Source: a bacterium (GTDB taxonomy: Bacteria; Patescibacteriota; Minisyncoccia; Moranbacterales; UBA1568). From it: DNA of 64,000 bases. The notes under the pieces were generated by a model. That model was not told the DNA's origin and searched no databases. It saw only the letters and a program-made list of their open reading frames with translations. The stretch's first letter is position 1; each line of letters begins with the position of its first letter. The position numbers were made by a program, and so were the translations under genes. This document shows positions 30,214 to 40,492 of this stretch, one piece after another. The DNA is taken from positions 468,349 to 532,348 of the forward strand of contig JAKACP010000001.1 in assembly GCA_021821305.1 (NCBI GenBank), in the 5' to 3' direction.

Positions 30214-30660
30214 ATGAAAGTCGTTTTCCTGAAAGCCGTGAAGAATGTCGGGAATCCGGGAGAGATCAAGGAGGTCTCCACCGGCTATGCCTCCAACTTT
30301 CTCATCCCCAAAGGATTGGCCATCGCCGCGACCAAGGACGCCGTCGTCCGCGTCGAGAGCGAGAGACGGAAGAAGGAGACGTCCCTGTCGCGGCAGAAGG
30401 AGCTCGATCGGAAACTCGCGACCGGCCTGTCCGGGCAGGAAGTGACGATCGCGGCCAAATCGGAAGGCGGCAAGCTCTTCGGCTCGATCGGGCCGCGCGA
30501 GATCGTGTCCGCCCTGGAGAAACCGTTTCCGGGCGTCACGGAAAAGAATATTTCCCTCAAGGAGCACATCAAGACGACGGGGACATTCCCCATGGAAGCG
30601 CGATTCGGGTCCGAACGGGCGAAGTTCACGGTCATCGTCCGGTCGGATGAGAGGGGATAG
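30214..30660 (+). CDS. rplI: 50S ribosomal protein L9
   Basis: [38 protein letters not shown]. Confidence 0.97.
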   Translation: MKVVFLKAVKNVGNPGEIKEVSTGYASNFLIPKGLAIAATKDAVVRVESERRKKETSLSRQKELDRKLATGLSGQEVTIAAKSEGGKLFGSIGPREIVSALEKPFPGVTEKNISLKEHIKTTGTFPMEARFGSERAKFTVIVRSDERG

Positions 30661-30723
30661 CCCCCTCTTTTTTCATGAGATAGCAGAGAGGCCCTAACTC
30701 ATCAATCGGCATATCCATACCAT

Positions 30724-32367
30724 ATGGCGACACGGAAACAGAGGCGGACCAAGTATATCTTCGTGGTGGGCGGCGTGATGTCGGGCGTCGGCAAGGGCAT
30801 CGCCGCCTCGTCGATCGGCAAGATTCTCCAGGCGAGAGGGCTGACCGTCACCGCGCTCAAGATCGACCCGTATATCAACGTCGACGCGGGGACGATGAAC
30901 CCGACCGAGCACGGGGAAGTGTTCGTACTCCAGGATGGCTATGAGACCGACCAGGACATGGGCAACTACGAGCGGTTCATGGGGCTGTCGCTCGACCGGG
31001 GCAACTACATGACGACCGGGTCGGTGTACAAGAGCGTGATCGACCGGGAGCGCAACCTCGAGTACGGTGGACGGTGCGTGGAGGTGGTCCCGCATATCCC
31101 GCTCGAGGTGATCGGCCGGATACGTGCCGCGGCCAAGAAGGCCGATGCCGACGTCGCGATCATCGAGATCGGCGGGACGATCGGTGAGTACCAGAATATC
31201 CTCTTCCTGGAAGCGGTTCGGATGATGAAGATCGAACGGCCCGAGGATGTCCTCGTCGCACTCGTGAGCTATCTCCCCATCCCGGGGAAGATCGGCGAGA
31301 TGAAAACCAAGCCGACTCAGTACGCCTCGCGGACTCTCAACTCCGCCGGTCTCCAGGCGGATATCATCATCGCCCGATCGGCTGTCCCGCTCGATGAACG
31401 GCGCAAGGAAAAGATCGCGACCTTCTGCAGTCTTCGCAAGGATTCCATCGTCTCGGCGCCGGACGTCGACAGCATCTACGACGTACCGCTCAATTTCGAA
31501 AAAGACCACCTCTCCGACATCCTTCTCAAGAAGCTCGGCCTCCGCGCCCGCAAGAACACGCTCGGAGATTGGGCCCGGGTCGTCTCGCGCGCCAAAAAGG
31601 CCGAGAAGCCGGTCAGGGTCGCCGTCGTGGGGAAATATTTCAAGACGGGGGATTTCGTGCTCTCGGACGTGTACATAAGCGTCATCGAGGCGCTGAAGCA
31701 CGCGGCGTTCGCGGTCGGACGCAAGCCGGAGCTCACCTGGATCGACAGCGAGGAATACGAGAACGATCGGAAGAAACTCGCGGAGCTCAAGGGGTTCGAC
31801 GGCGTACTCATACCGGGAGGATTCGGCTCGCGCGGCGTCGAGGGAAAACTGCAGGCGATACGGTTCTGCCGGGAAAACAAGATCCCGTATTTCGGCCTCT
31901 GCTACGGCATGCAGCTCATGGTCATCGAATATGCGCGTCACGTGCTCGGGCTCAAGTCCGCGAACACGACCGAGGTCGATCCGAGGACGAAGGATCCGGT
32001 CATCGATATCCTGCCCGAACAGCGGGCCAAGCTCGCCCGCAAGGACTACGGCGGAAGCATGCGCCTCGGATCGTACACGGCGGTCATCGCGCCCAAGACG
32101 ATCGCGGCCGCGGCCTATGGCGCAAGCGAGGCGCTCGAACGCCACCGCCACCGCTACGAGGTGAATCCGGAATATGTCGACAGGATCCGCGGAGCCGGAC
32201 TCGTCTTCTCGGGGACGTCTCCCGACGGTACGCTCATGGAGATCGCCGAGCTTCCGAAGTCGAAGCACCCGTTCTTCCTCGCGGCGCAGTTCCATCCGGA
32301 ATTCCAGTCGTCGCTCGAACATCCGCATCCGCTTTTCCTCGCCTTCCTCAAGGCGTGCGCGAAGTAG
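30724..32367 (+). CDS. pyrG: CTP synthase
   Basis: GGVMSGVGKG, DPYINVDAGTMNP, KTKPTQ, GLCYGMQ, ERHRHRYE, QFHPE. Confidence 0.99.
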   Translation: MATRKQRRTKYIFVVGGVMSGVGKGIAASSIGKILQARGLTVTALKIDPYINVDAGTMNPTEHGEVFVLQDGYETDQDMGNYERFMGLSLDRGNYMTTGSVYKSVIDRERNLEYGGRCVEVVPHIPLEVIGRIRAAAKKADADVAIIEIGGTIGEYQNILFLEAVRMMKIERPEDVLVALVSYLPIPGKIGEMKTKPTQYASRTLNSAGLQADIIIARSAVPLDERRKEKIATFCSLRKDSIVSAPDVDSIYDVPLNFEKDHLSDILLKKLGLRARKNTLGDWARVVSRAKKAEKPVRVAVVGKYFKTGDFVLSDVYISVIEALKHAAFAVGRKPELTWIDSEEYENDRKKLAELKGFDGVLIPGGFGSRGVEGKLQAIRFCRENKIPYFGLCYGMQLMVIEYARHVLGLKSANTTEVDPRTKDPVIDILPEQRAKLARKDYGGSMRLGSYTAVIAPKTIAAAAYGASEALERHRHRYEVNPEYVDRIRGAGLVFSGTSPDGTLMEIAELPKSKHPFFLAAQFHPEFQSSLEHPHPLFLAFLKACAK

Positions 32368-32404
32368 CCTGTCAAAAATCTCACGCTGAAACGGCCGGAA
32401 AGAC

Positions 32405-32440
32405 AAAACCGGTCCGACGTGAGTCGGACCGGTTTTCTTT
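32405..32440. terminator. Bidirectional terminator between pyrG and rpmA
   Basis: aaaaccggtccgac-gtga-gtcggaccggtttt. Confidence 0.85.
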
Positions 32441-32448
32441 CGTGGAAT

Positions 32449-32736
32449 CTACTTCTTCTCGGCGGGGAGGACGTTGACGAAGGTCCTCTTGGCGAGCTTG
32501 CCGGTGAAGCTGACGACCTGCTTGGTCTTGAAGCTGACGATGCCGGTCACGAGGGACACGAGCGTATCGTCGCCGCCTTTCATCACGTTCTCGCCGGGAT
32601 GGAACTTGGTGCCGCGCTGGCGTATGACGATGTTACCGGGCTTGGCGACCTGACCTCCGAAGAGCTTGACGCCGAGGCGCTGGGACCTCGAATCGCGGCC
32701 GAGACTGGTAGAACCGCCTGCTTTCCTGTGTGCCAT
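32449..32736 (-). CDS. rpmA: 50S ribosomal protein L27
   Basis: [33 protein letters not shown]. Confidence 0.98.
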   Translation of the reverse strand: MAHRKAGGSTSLGRDSRSQRLGVKLFGGQVAKPGNIVIRQRGTKFHPGENVMKGGDDTLVSLVTGIVSFKTKQVVSFTGKLAKRTFVNVLPAEKK

Positions 32737-32804
32737 AGTATTCCTTTTAGATTGAAATCAGTATATACTAGGATAAAACGAAACGGGACGCATGTCAAGA
32801 TGCT

Positions 32805-33191
32805 ATGAAGAAGCTTCTTTTGCGGTGGATGAGCGCATTGCGGCGTGAACGGGAGCGTATAGGGGTATTCGCCTCGATATGCCTCGTCGGAGTCCTCGGA
32901 TTCGAGGCGGGGACGATGGTCGCGGGGTCCGCCGGAGCCGCTCCGATCGTGATAGAGATCCCGGCCGCGGCGCCGCCGATAGCGGCCGCCGAAGGCGTCG
33001 TCGCAGGGGTCACGGCCACTGCCACGGATGTCGCGAAAAAGGACTGTGCCTTCGTCGGAAGCCGGAACTCGGATCTCTACCACTTGCCGACCTGCGCCTC
33101 CGCGAAGCGCATCAAACCCGAAAATATCGTCTGCTTCACGGATCCGGAGGATGCCGAAAAACGCGGGTATCGACCGGGGTGCCTGAAGTAA
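32805..33191 (+). CDS. Membrane protein with Ada metal-binding-like domain
   Basis: TM followed by FVGSRNSDLYHLPTC..AKRIKPEN..F...AEKRGYRP. Confidence 0.8.
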   Translation: MKKLLLRWMSALRRERERIGVFASICLVGVLGFEAGTMVAGSAGAAPIVIEIPAAAPPIAAAEGVVAGVTATATDVAKKDCAFVGSRNSDLYHLPTCASAKRIKPENIVCFTDPEDAEKRGYRPGCLK

Positions 33192-33201
33192 ACAAAAAAC
33201 C

Positions 33202-34422
33202 ATGATCACGCCATCGTCTGGAAACGCGCATCAGGAGAAACTCGATGAACGGAAGATACGTTTCATCAGTATCCTCTCCTTCATTTTCGGATTCACCGAC
33301 GCGTTCTTCATCTATATCATCTCGTCGTATTTCTCCGAGGTCGTCGGCTCGGACAGCGTCGGTGCCTTTTATCTCGTCGCCTTCTCCATCGTCCTCACCC
33401 TCCTGTGGTGGCTCCATCGGATCATACGGAAAATCGGCGGAAGCATCCGCGCGTTCTTCCTCTTCATCCTGATGGCCGTGGTCCTCGGGACGGTGCTCTC
33501 CGCTCTCCAGACGGGATGGGTCGGCGCCCTCTGTATCGCGCTTCTCCTCATCGTTTCCAATATCGCCTGGGTGATCCTCGACGTGATCCTCGAGGAGCAC
33601 TCTTCCGACGGGGCGACCGGCCGCGTCCGCGGGCTCCATCTTACCATCATGAACGCGGGGCTCCTCCTCGCGCCGTTCCTCTCGACACGGGTCGTCGATA
33701 TCTACGGATTCAGCGGGGTGTTCTTCGGTATCACGCTCGGGTACGCGCTCCTTTTCGCGGCCGCCATACTCTTCCTCCGCAACGGTCGGACCTATACCTC
33801 GGCCAAGATGGACGCGGGCGACGCGTGGAGGAAGATGCTCCGGCAGAAGAACCTGCTCCGCATCTACGGCATCTCCTTCGCGCTCGAGTTCTTCTACGTG
33901 ATCATGATCATCTATTCGCCGATCTACCTCCGGTCCATCGGGGTATCGTGGGGCGATATCGGTATCCTGTTCACGTTCATGCTCCTGCCGTTCGTCCTCT
34001 TCCAGTATCCGCTCGGCGTGCTCGCCGACAAGCGGTTCGGCGAGAAGGAGTTCCTCGTGCTCAGCCTGGCGCTCGGCGCCGTGAGCGTCGCCGTATTGGG
34101 GATATTCCCGTCGGCGGACCTGCTGTTCCTCGGCGCCGTTCTCTTTCTCACCCGTATCGGAGCGGCCGGTATCGAGGTCCTCCGCGACGCGTATTTCTAC
34201 AAGCAGATCGACGGCGGGGATGACGATCTCATCGCGTTTTTCCGGACCGCACGCCCGACGGCCAATATCCTCGGCGCCGTGGTGGCGATCCCGTTTCTCG
34301 CCGTGTTTCCGCTTCAGGGGATATTCCTCCTCGCGGCCATTATGCTCGGGGTTATGGTCATCCCGGCGCTCGCGCTCGATGATACGCCCGGGGAGCGGGA
34401 GTCAACTGGAATTCCCGTCTGA
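33202..34422 (+). CDS. MFS transporter
   Basis: About 12 TM segments; GVLADKRFGEK motif-A-like. Confidence 0.85.
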   Translation: MITPSSGNAHQEKLDERKIRFISILSFIFGFTDAFFIYIISSYFSEVVGSDSVGAFYLVAFSIVLTLLWWLHRIIRKIGGSIRAFFLFILMAVVLGTVLSALQTGWVGALCIALLLIVSNIAWVILDVILEEHSSDGATGRVRGLHLTIMNAGLLLAPFLSTRVVDIYGFSGVFFGITLGYALLFAAAILFLRNGRTYTSAKMDAGDAWRKMLRQKNLLRIYGISFALEFFYVIMIIYSPIYLRSIGVSWGDIGILFTFMLLPFVLFQYPLGVLADKRFGEKEFLVLSLALGAVSVAVLGIFPSADLLFLGAVLFLTRIGAAGIEVLRDAYFYKQIDGGDDDLIAFFRTARPTANILGAVVAIPFLAVFPLQGIFLLAAIMLGVMVIPALALDDTPGERESTGIPV

Positions 34423-34468
34423 TTTATGCTATTTTAAGGAGGAAGGAGCCTTCCTGTGCCTATTTTCT

Positions 34469-35191
34469 ATGCCCTGTCACGTGAAACTCGCACAATTCGA
34501 AGGCCCGCTCGAGCTCCTGCTCTCCCTCATCGAGGATCGCAAGCTCGATATCACGCAGGTGAGCCTCGGATCGGTCGCTGACCAGTACCTCGAACGGCTC
34601 GCCGTCGACAAGGACGCGATCTCGCTCGAGAACCTCTCGAGTTTTCTCGTCATCGCGGCGCGGCTCATCCTCATCAAGTCGAAGATGCTCCTGCCGGTGC
34701 TCGAGTTCACCGACGATGAGGAAGAGGCGATGGAGGACCTCGAGCTCCGGCTCGCGGAGTACAAGCGTTTCCGGGAAGCCGCTCTCGGCATAGGCGCTCT
34801 CCTCGCGCAGGGCGGCCGCTCGTTCACGCGCGAGAAATTCGCCGGAGCACCCGAGGTCTTCGCGCCGCCGAAAGGGGTCACGGGAGATACGCTCCGGGCC
34901 CACTTCGCGTCGATACTCGGTGAACTGCCCACGCGGGAGGAGACGATCGAAGAGGTGATCGAGGAGATCATCAGCCTCGAGGAACGCATCGTTTCCCTGC
35001 GGCACTCGCTTCGGAACCGCGCCGAGCAGACCTTCCGCGAACTCGCGGCGGATGCCGAGAACCGCATGGAGGTCATCGTCTCGTTTCTCGCGATGCTCGA
35101 GCTCGTCAAACAGCGTACCGTCGTCGTACACCAGCAGGACGTCTTCGGCGATATCCGTATCACCATGAGCGAAACCGTCACCGTCCGTTGA
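34469..35191 (+). CDS. scpA: Segregation and condensation protein A
   Basis: FEGPLELLLSLI, FLVIAARLILIKSKMLLP, SFLAMLELVK. Confidence 0.95.
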   Translation: MPCHVKLAQFEGPLELLLSLIEDRKLDITQVSLGSVADQYLERLAVDKDAISLENLSSFLVIAARLILIKSKMLLPVLEFTDDEEEAMEDLELRLAEYKRFREAALGIGALLAQGGRSFTREKFAGAPEVFAPPKGVTGDTLRAHFASILGELPTREETIEEVIEEIISLEERIVSLRHSLRNRAEQTFRELAADAENRMEVIVSFLAMLELVKQRTVVVHQQDVFGDIRITMSETVTVR

Positions 35192-35805
35192 ACACACTCC
35201 CTATGTCGAACACGTCACCATCCGTCGCATCCCTCATCGAATCGCTCCTCTTCATCCATGGCGAGCCGCTTTCGCGCGCCCGCCTCGCCAAGGCGCTCTC
35301 CGTTTCCGAAAAGGACATCGCATCCGGCCTCGACATGCTGCGCAAGCGCTACGAGGACCCGGACTCCGGGCTCACCCTCATCGAGAAGGGAAAGGATGTC
35401 GAGATAGCCACGAGACCCGACAACGCGGGTGCGGTGGAGCGGCTCATCGTGGCCGATCGCGAAGAGACGCTCGGCAAGGCGACGCTTGAGACGCTCTCGG
35501 TCGTCGCGTATCGGGCACCGGTCAGCCGGGCGAGCATCGACGCGATCCGGGGAGTCAATTCCTCGTTCGCGCTCCGCAGCCTGCTCCTCCGGGGGCTGAT
35601 CGAGCGCCGGTCGAATCCGCTCGACGCGCGCGAATACGAATATGAGCCGTCGTTGCGATTGCTCGAGCTCCTCGGCATCGGATCCATCGAGGAGTTGCCG
35701 GACTACGGCTCGCTCGCACGCGATGCCGCGCTCGAAGCGGTCGTCGCGGGGGACACCGTTCCCCGGGAACATCAAGACCTCCATGAAACGGACAATGGAC
35801 ACTAA
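35188..35805 (+). CDS. scpB: Segregation and condensation protein B
   Basis: IESLLFIHGEP, LETLSVVAYRAPVSRASIDAIRGVNS, ELP. Confidence 0.95.
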   Translation: MNTLPMSNTSPSVASLIESLLFIHGEPLSRARLAKALSVSEKDIASGLDMLRKRYEDPDSGLTLIEKGKDVEIATRPDNAGAVERLIVADREETLGKATLETLSVVAYRAPVSRASIDAIRGVNSSFALRSLLLRGLIERRSNPLDAREYEYEPSLRLLELLGIGSIEELPDYGSLARDAALEAVVAGDTVPREHQDLHETDNGH

Positions 35806-35821
35806 CGGCACATTGCGCGGT

Positions 35822-36871
35822 ATGAGAAGATTCCTCCTCTTTTTTTCAGTCGCTTTCCTCGTCGGTTTTTCCCTGCTCATCGGGGGAACGGCGATACTCG
35901 CGAGCGGGGATTTTCTCTCCAAGACGATCTCCCTGATCCCCGGATCCCAGGGGTATTCGGAGCGCTTCGACGGACGCGTCGCGGGGGATTTCGCCGTCGC
36001 GGCACAGCCGGTCATCTCGGAACAGCGGGCCTCCTCGTCGGAGTTCCGCCCCATCAGGAAGGACGGCATCGGCACCTTCGCGGTCCCTACGGCGCACGCC
36101 GCCATCATCCTCGACGCCGGGACGGAAACCGCGCTCTTCGAATCGTCCGCCGACGAGCGGCGATCCATCGCCTCGATCACCAAACTGTTCACCGCGATGA
36201 TCGTCGTGGAAACCGTCAAGGATCTCGATGAGCCCGTGACGATCACCGAGGACTCCGTCTACGCGGAAGGGACACGGGTCGGCTGTCCGCGCTCCGGATA
36301 CTGCATCAGCCAGCGGCTAGAGGTCGGGGAAAAGATCTCCGTGCGAAGCCTGCTCAAGGCGGCGCTCATGAACAGCGCCAACGATGCGGCGATCGCGCTC
36401 GCGATCCACGTGGACGGGAGCCAGGAGCGTTTCGCCGACCGCATGAACGCGCGGGCGAAGGAGCTCGGCATGGAGAATTCGCATTTCTGCACGTCGTCCG
36501 GCCTGGAGCTCGACGGGCGGGAGGAAGAATGCTATTCTTCGGCCCGTGATATCGCCAAGGTGGCCGCCCACGCGCTGGAATATGATGTCCTCTGGAATAT
36601 CATGCGAACCGGAGAAACGACGATCACATCCGTCGACGGAGCGTATGTCCATGAGATTTTCAATACGAACCAGCTGCTCGGGCAGTACCCGAATCTCGTC
36701 GGCACCAAGACGGGGTTCACTCCGCGTTCCGGATACTCGCTTCTCGCGGTCGCCGAAGACCCCGCCGACCGGAAACACCGCCTGATCGCCGTGGTGCTCG
36801 ACGACGCGTATCGCTGGGACAGCATCCAGGAGATGTTCGCGTGGGGGTTCGGATCCTTCGAGTGGCGTTGA
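35822..36871 (+). CDS. D-alanyl-D-alanine carboxypeptidase (peptidase S11)
   Basis: SIASITKLFT (SxxK), SANDAA, KTGFT; start uncertain (35783, 35795 or 35822). Confidence 0.92.
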   Translation: MRRFLLFFSVAFLVGFSLLIGGTAILASGDFLSKTISLIPGSQGYSERFDGRVAGDFAVAAQPVISEQRASSSEFRPIRKDGIGTFAVPTAHAAIILDAGTETALFESSADERRSIASITKLFTAMIVVETVKDLDEPVTITEDSVYAEGTRVGCPRSGYCISQRLEVGEKISVRSLLKAALMNSANDAAIALAIHVDGSQERFADRMNARAKELGMENSHFCTSSGLELDGREEECYSSARDIAKVAAHALEYDVLWNIMRTGETTITSVDGAYVHEIFNTNQLLGQYPNLVGTKTGFTPRSGYSLLAVAEDPADRKHRLIAVVLDDAYRWDSIQEMFAWGFGSFEWR

Positions 36872-36904
36872 GCATGCGATGTTAAATACCTTTGAAACGG
36901 ACAT

Positions 36905-38026
36905 ATGAACGAAGTGGCGCCGATCATGGAAGTGGCACAGATACAGAATATTCCGGCGGTCATGAACACGCTCAAGGTGCTCACGACCGGACTGCTCGCG
37001 TTCCTGCTCGCCTTCGCGCTCACGCCGCTGTGGACGCATATCCTCTACAGGTACAAGATCGGCATCAAGATCAAGAGTGCCGACGTGAACGGGGAGAAGC
37101 TGACCTTCGTGAGCAAGCTCCACGCGAGCAAGGCCGGGACCCCTACCATGGGTGGCGTCATCGTCTGGGTGACGGTGCTCATACTCGCGTTTTCCTCGGA
37201 ATACCTGCTCCCGCTCATCGCGGAGTGGACGGATACCAATTTCCTCGCGCGACTCGATTTCCTTCGCCGTTCGCAGACCTGGCTCCCGCTTTTCGTGCTC
37301 GTGACCGCCGGCATCCTCGGGCTCTTCGACGACTGGATGAGCGTGCGCGGCAAGGGGACGAACAAAGGGGGCGGCATGCGGTTCGCGCTCCGGTTCTGGT
37401 GGCTCATCGGGATCGCTTCGGCCGGCGCGTGGTGGTTTTATTCCAAGCTCGGATGGGACGAACTGCATGTCCCGGCGCTCGGGGATTTCACGATCGGCTG
37501 GTGGTATATCCCGCTTTTCCTCTTCATCATCCTGTTCTCCGCGATCTCCTCGAACGAGACGGACGGCCTCGACGGTCTCAATGGCGGAGTGCTGCTTCTC
37601 GCCTTCGGCTCTTTTTCGCTCATCGCGTACTTCCAGAACAGCATGGATCTCGCGGCCTTCTGCGCGGCGGTGGCGGGGGCGCTTCTCGCGTTCCTGTGGT
37701 TCAACATCTATCCGGCGCGGTTCTTCATGGGTGATACGGGCGCCATGGCGCTCGGTACGACGCTCGGCGTGGTCGCGATGCTGACCAATTCGGCGCTGGT
37801 CCTCTTCCTCATCGTCTTCATCTACGTCCTCGAGTCCGGCAGTGCGGCGATACAGCTCCTCTCGAAACGGTTCCTGCACCGAAAAGTGTTCCTCGCCGCT
37901 CCTCTTCACCACCACTTCGAGGCCAAGGGGTGGCCGGAGCCGAAGGTCGTCATGCGCGCGTGGATCTTCACGGCGATCACGGCGCTCCTCGGGGTGATCA
38001 TCGGCATCATCGGTATGGGAGAGTAG
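36905..38026 (+). CDS. mraY: Phospho-N-acetylmuramoyl-pentapeptide transferase
   Basis: KAGTPTMGG, GLFDD, NETDGLDGL, FMGDTGA, APLHHHFE. Confidence 0.97.
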   Translation: MNEVAPIMEVAQIQNIPAVMNTLKVLTTGLLAFLLAFALTPLWTHILYRYKIGIKIKSADVNGEKLTFVSKLHASKAGTPTMGGVIVWVTVLILAFSSEYLLPLIAEWTDTNFLARLDFLRRSQTWLPLFVLVTAGILGLFDDWMSVRGKGTNKGGGMRFALRFWWLIGIASAGAWWFYSKLGWDELHVPALGDFTIGWWYIPLFLFIILFSAISSNETDGLDGLNGGVLLLAFGSFSLIAYFQNSMDLAAFCAAVAGALLAFLWFNIYPARFFMGDTGAMALGTTLGVVAMLTNSALVLFLIVFIYVLESGSAAIQLLSKRFLHRKVFLAAPLHHHFEAKGWPEPKVVMRAWIFTAITALLGVIIGIIGMGE

Positions 38027-38109
38027 CGAAAGTCTGGTATACTCAGGGAAACGGTCTTATCATAGCGGTGAGATATTGAACAGGCTTTTATCATAATAAA
38101 CGAGCGAAT

Positions 38110-39180
38110 ATGGCAGGCATCCGAAGCATCGAATCGATCGATTTCACGGGAAAGAAAGTGCTGCTCCGGGTCGATTTCAATGTCGAACTCAACAAGAAGC
38201 AGGATGTCCAGGAACAATTCAAACTCGAGGCTCCGAAAAAGACCCTCGCGCACATCCTCTCGTACCCGGGGGTGAAGGTCGCGCTTCTCACGCACTTCGG
38301 CCGGCCGGACGGAGCGCGGAACATGCTGTTCTCGCTCCAGCCGGTCGTGGACGATGCCGAGCGCGCGCTCGGGGTCAAGGTCCGTTTCCATGAGGACTGC
38401 GTCGGTGACGGCGTGTCCGCCGCGCTCGAGACGCTTCCGGAAGGGGAGGCGCTCCTCCTCGAGAACGTGCGTTTCTACCCCGGCGAGGAGTCCGATGACC
38501 CGGCGTTCGCGGCACGGCTCGCGGCACCGTTCGATATCTATGTCAACGAGGCGTTCAGCGTCTGCCACCGTGCGCAGGCATCCGTCTCCGCAATCACCGA
38601 GACTCTCCCTTCGTTCGCGGGATTCCGCCTGGCCGAGGAAGTCCGAAGACTCGAGGAGGTCCGCACGAATCCGGCGCGACCGGCCGTGGCGATCATCGGA
38701 GGCGCTAAGATCGAGACCAAACTGCCGCTCATACGCGAGTTCGAGCGGCTCTATGACGCGGTGCTCGTCGGCGGCAGGGTCGCCAACGAGGCGCTCGACG
38801 AGAACATCGAGTTCTCCGAGAAGGTGCTCCTCCCCAAGGATTTCCAGGGCGGCGACGCGAGGCTTGATATCGGCCCCGTGACGACGGCCATGTTCATCGA
38901 GATCATCGGCAAGGCCAAGACCATCGTCTGGAACGGTCCGATGGGGAAATTCGAGGAGAAGCCGTATGATGCGGGGACCGGTGCGATCCTCCACGCGATG
39001 CTCGCGTCGCAGGCCGATGTCGTCATCGGCGGCGGCGAGTCGCTCGTCATCATCGAGGAGGCGGGACTCATGCACAAGATCGGTTTCGTCTCGACCGGCG
39101 GAGGTGCCATGCTCGAGTACCTTTCCGGGGACGAGCTTCCGGGCTTGGTCGCGCTCGAGCGCGCGGCCGCGCGCGTGTAG
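38110..39180 (+). CDS. pgk: Phosphoglycerate kinase
   Basis: RVDFNV, HFGRP, LLENVRF, WNGPMGKFE, VSTGGGAMLEYL. Confidence 0.96.
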   Translation: MAGIRSIESIDFTGKKVLLRVDFNVELNKKQDVQEQFKLEAPKKTLAHILSYPGVKVALLTHFGRPDGARNMLFSLQPVVDDAERALGVKVRFHEDCVGDGVSAALETLPEGEALLLENVRFYPGEESDDPAFAARLAAPFDIYVNEAFSVCHRAQASVSAITETLPSFAGFRLAEEVRRLEEVRTNPARPAVAIIGGAKIETKLPLIREFERLYDAVLVGGRVANEALDENIEFSEKVLLPKDFQGGDARLDIGPVTTAMFIEIIGKAKTIVWNGPMGKFEEKPYDAGTGAILHAMLASQADVVIGGGESLVIIEEAGLMHKIGFVSTGGGAMLEYLSGDELPGLVALERAAARV

Positions 39181-39211
39181 TCGTTTCCATGATCAGTTTT
39201 AGTGAAAACAT

Positions 39212-40489
39212 ATGAAGATCGTACGCGTAGAAGGGAGAGAGATACTGGATTCGCGCGGGAACCCGACGATCGAGGTCGAAGTCGGGCTCGAGGACGGATC
39301 GGTTGCCGTCGCGGGCGTGCCGTCCGGCGCGTCGACGGGAAAATTCGAAGCGGTCGAACTTCGCGACGGTGACGCGAACCGGTTCGGCGGCAAGGGGGTG
39401 CTCCAGGCGGTCGCGAACGTCAACGGCGAACTTCGCGAGGCGGTGGTCGGCATGGATGCCGCCCTTCAGCGCGAGCTTGACGAGAAGATGATCGCGCTCG
39501 ACGGGACGGAGAACAAGGCACGGCTCGGCGCCAATGCCATCCTCGGTATCTCGCTCGCCGCGGCACGTGCGGAGGCCGTGAGCCGCAAACAGCCGCTCTA
39601 CCGATATATCCGATCGCTCGCCGGACTGCCGGAGAAAATAGGGAAATTTCCGGTTCCGATGTTCAACGTGATCAACGGTGGCAAGCACAGCGACTCCGGC
39701 CTTTCGGCGCAGGAGTTCAAGCTCGTGCCGTCCGGTATCGAAGGGTATCCGGATCAGCTCCGCGCGGGAAGCGAGATCTTCCACGCGCTCAAGGGGATCC
39801 TCGAGAAGGCCGGCCTCTCTGTCGGTGTCGGCGACGAGGGCGGATTCGCACCGCGCATGGAGAGCCATGCCCAGGCACTCGAGACGCTCCACGCGGCGAT
39901 CAGCGAGGCGGGATACGTCCCGGGCAAGGACGTCTTCATCGGGTTCGACGTCGCCGCGAACTCGTTTTATGACGAGAAGGAGGATCAGTACTATCTCCAG
40001 CCGGAAAACGTGAAGCTGTCCCGCGAGAGCATCGTCAACGTCTACCGTGACTGGATGGCCAAATACGCGGTCGTATCGATCGAGGACGGCCTCCACGAGG
40101 AGGACTGGTCCGGGTGGGCGCAGATGAAGGAGAAACTCGAGAAGGAATCCGCCGCCTGGGGTCGCAAGGTGATGCTCATCGGCGATGACTTGCTCGTGAC
40201 CAACGTCAAGCGCGTCGAGAAGGCGATCGCGGAAGGTTCCTGCAACGCGGTCCTGATCAAGCCGAACCAGATCGGGACGCTCACCGAGACGCTCGATTGC
40301 ATGAAACTCACGCACGGGAACGGGTGGGATACCGTCATATCGCATCGCTCAGGTGAGACCGTCGACGACTTCATCGCGGATCTCGCGATCGGCGCCGATT
40401 CGGAGTTCATCAAGACCGGGTCGCTGTCCCGCGGTGAGCGGCTCGCGAAGTACAACCGGATGCTCAAGATTTGGAACGAAACGAGATAA
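39212..40489 (+). CDS. eno: Enolase
   Basis: EILDSRGNPT, VPSGASTG, GDEGGFAP, KPNQIGT, SHRSGET. Confidence 0.99.
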   Translation: MKIVRVEGREILDSRGNPTIEVEVGLEDGSVAVAGVPSGASTGKFEAVELRDGDANRFGGKGVLQAVANVNGELREAVVGMDAALQRELDEKMIALDGTENKARLGANAILGISLAAARAEAVSRKQPLYRYIRSLAGLPEKIGKFPVPMFNVINGGKHSDSGLSAQEFKLVPSGIEGYPDQLRAGSEIFHALKGILEKAGLSVGVGDEGGFAPRMESHAQALETLHAAISEAGYVPGKDVFIGFDVAANSFYDEKEDQYYLQPENVKLSRESIVNVYRDWMAKYAVVSIEDGLHEEDWSGWAQMKEKLEKESAAWGRKVMLIGDDLLVTNVKRVEKAIAEGSCNAVLIKPNQIGTLTETLDCMKLTHGNGWDTVISHRSGETVDDFIADLAIGADSEFIKTGSLSRGERLAKYNRMLKIWNETR

Positions 40490-40492
40490 CCT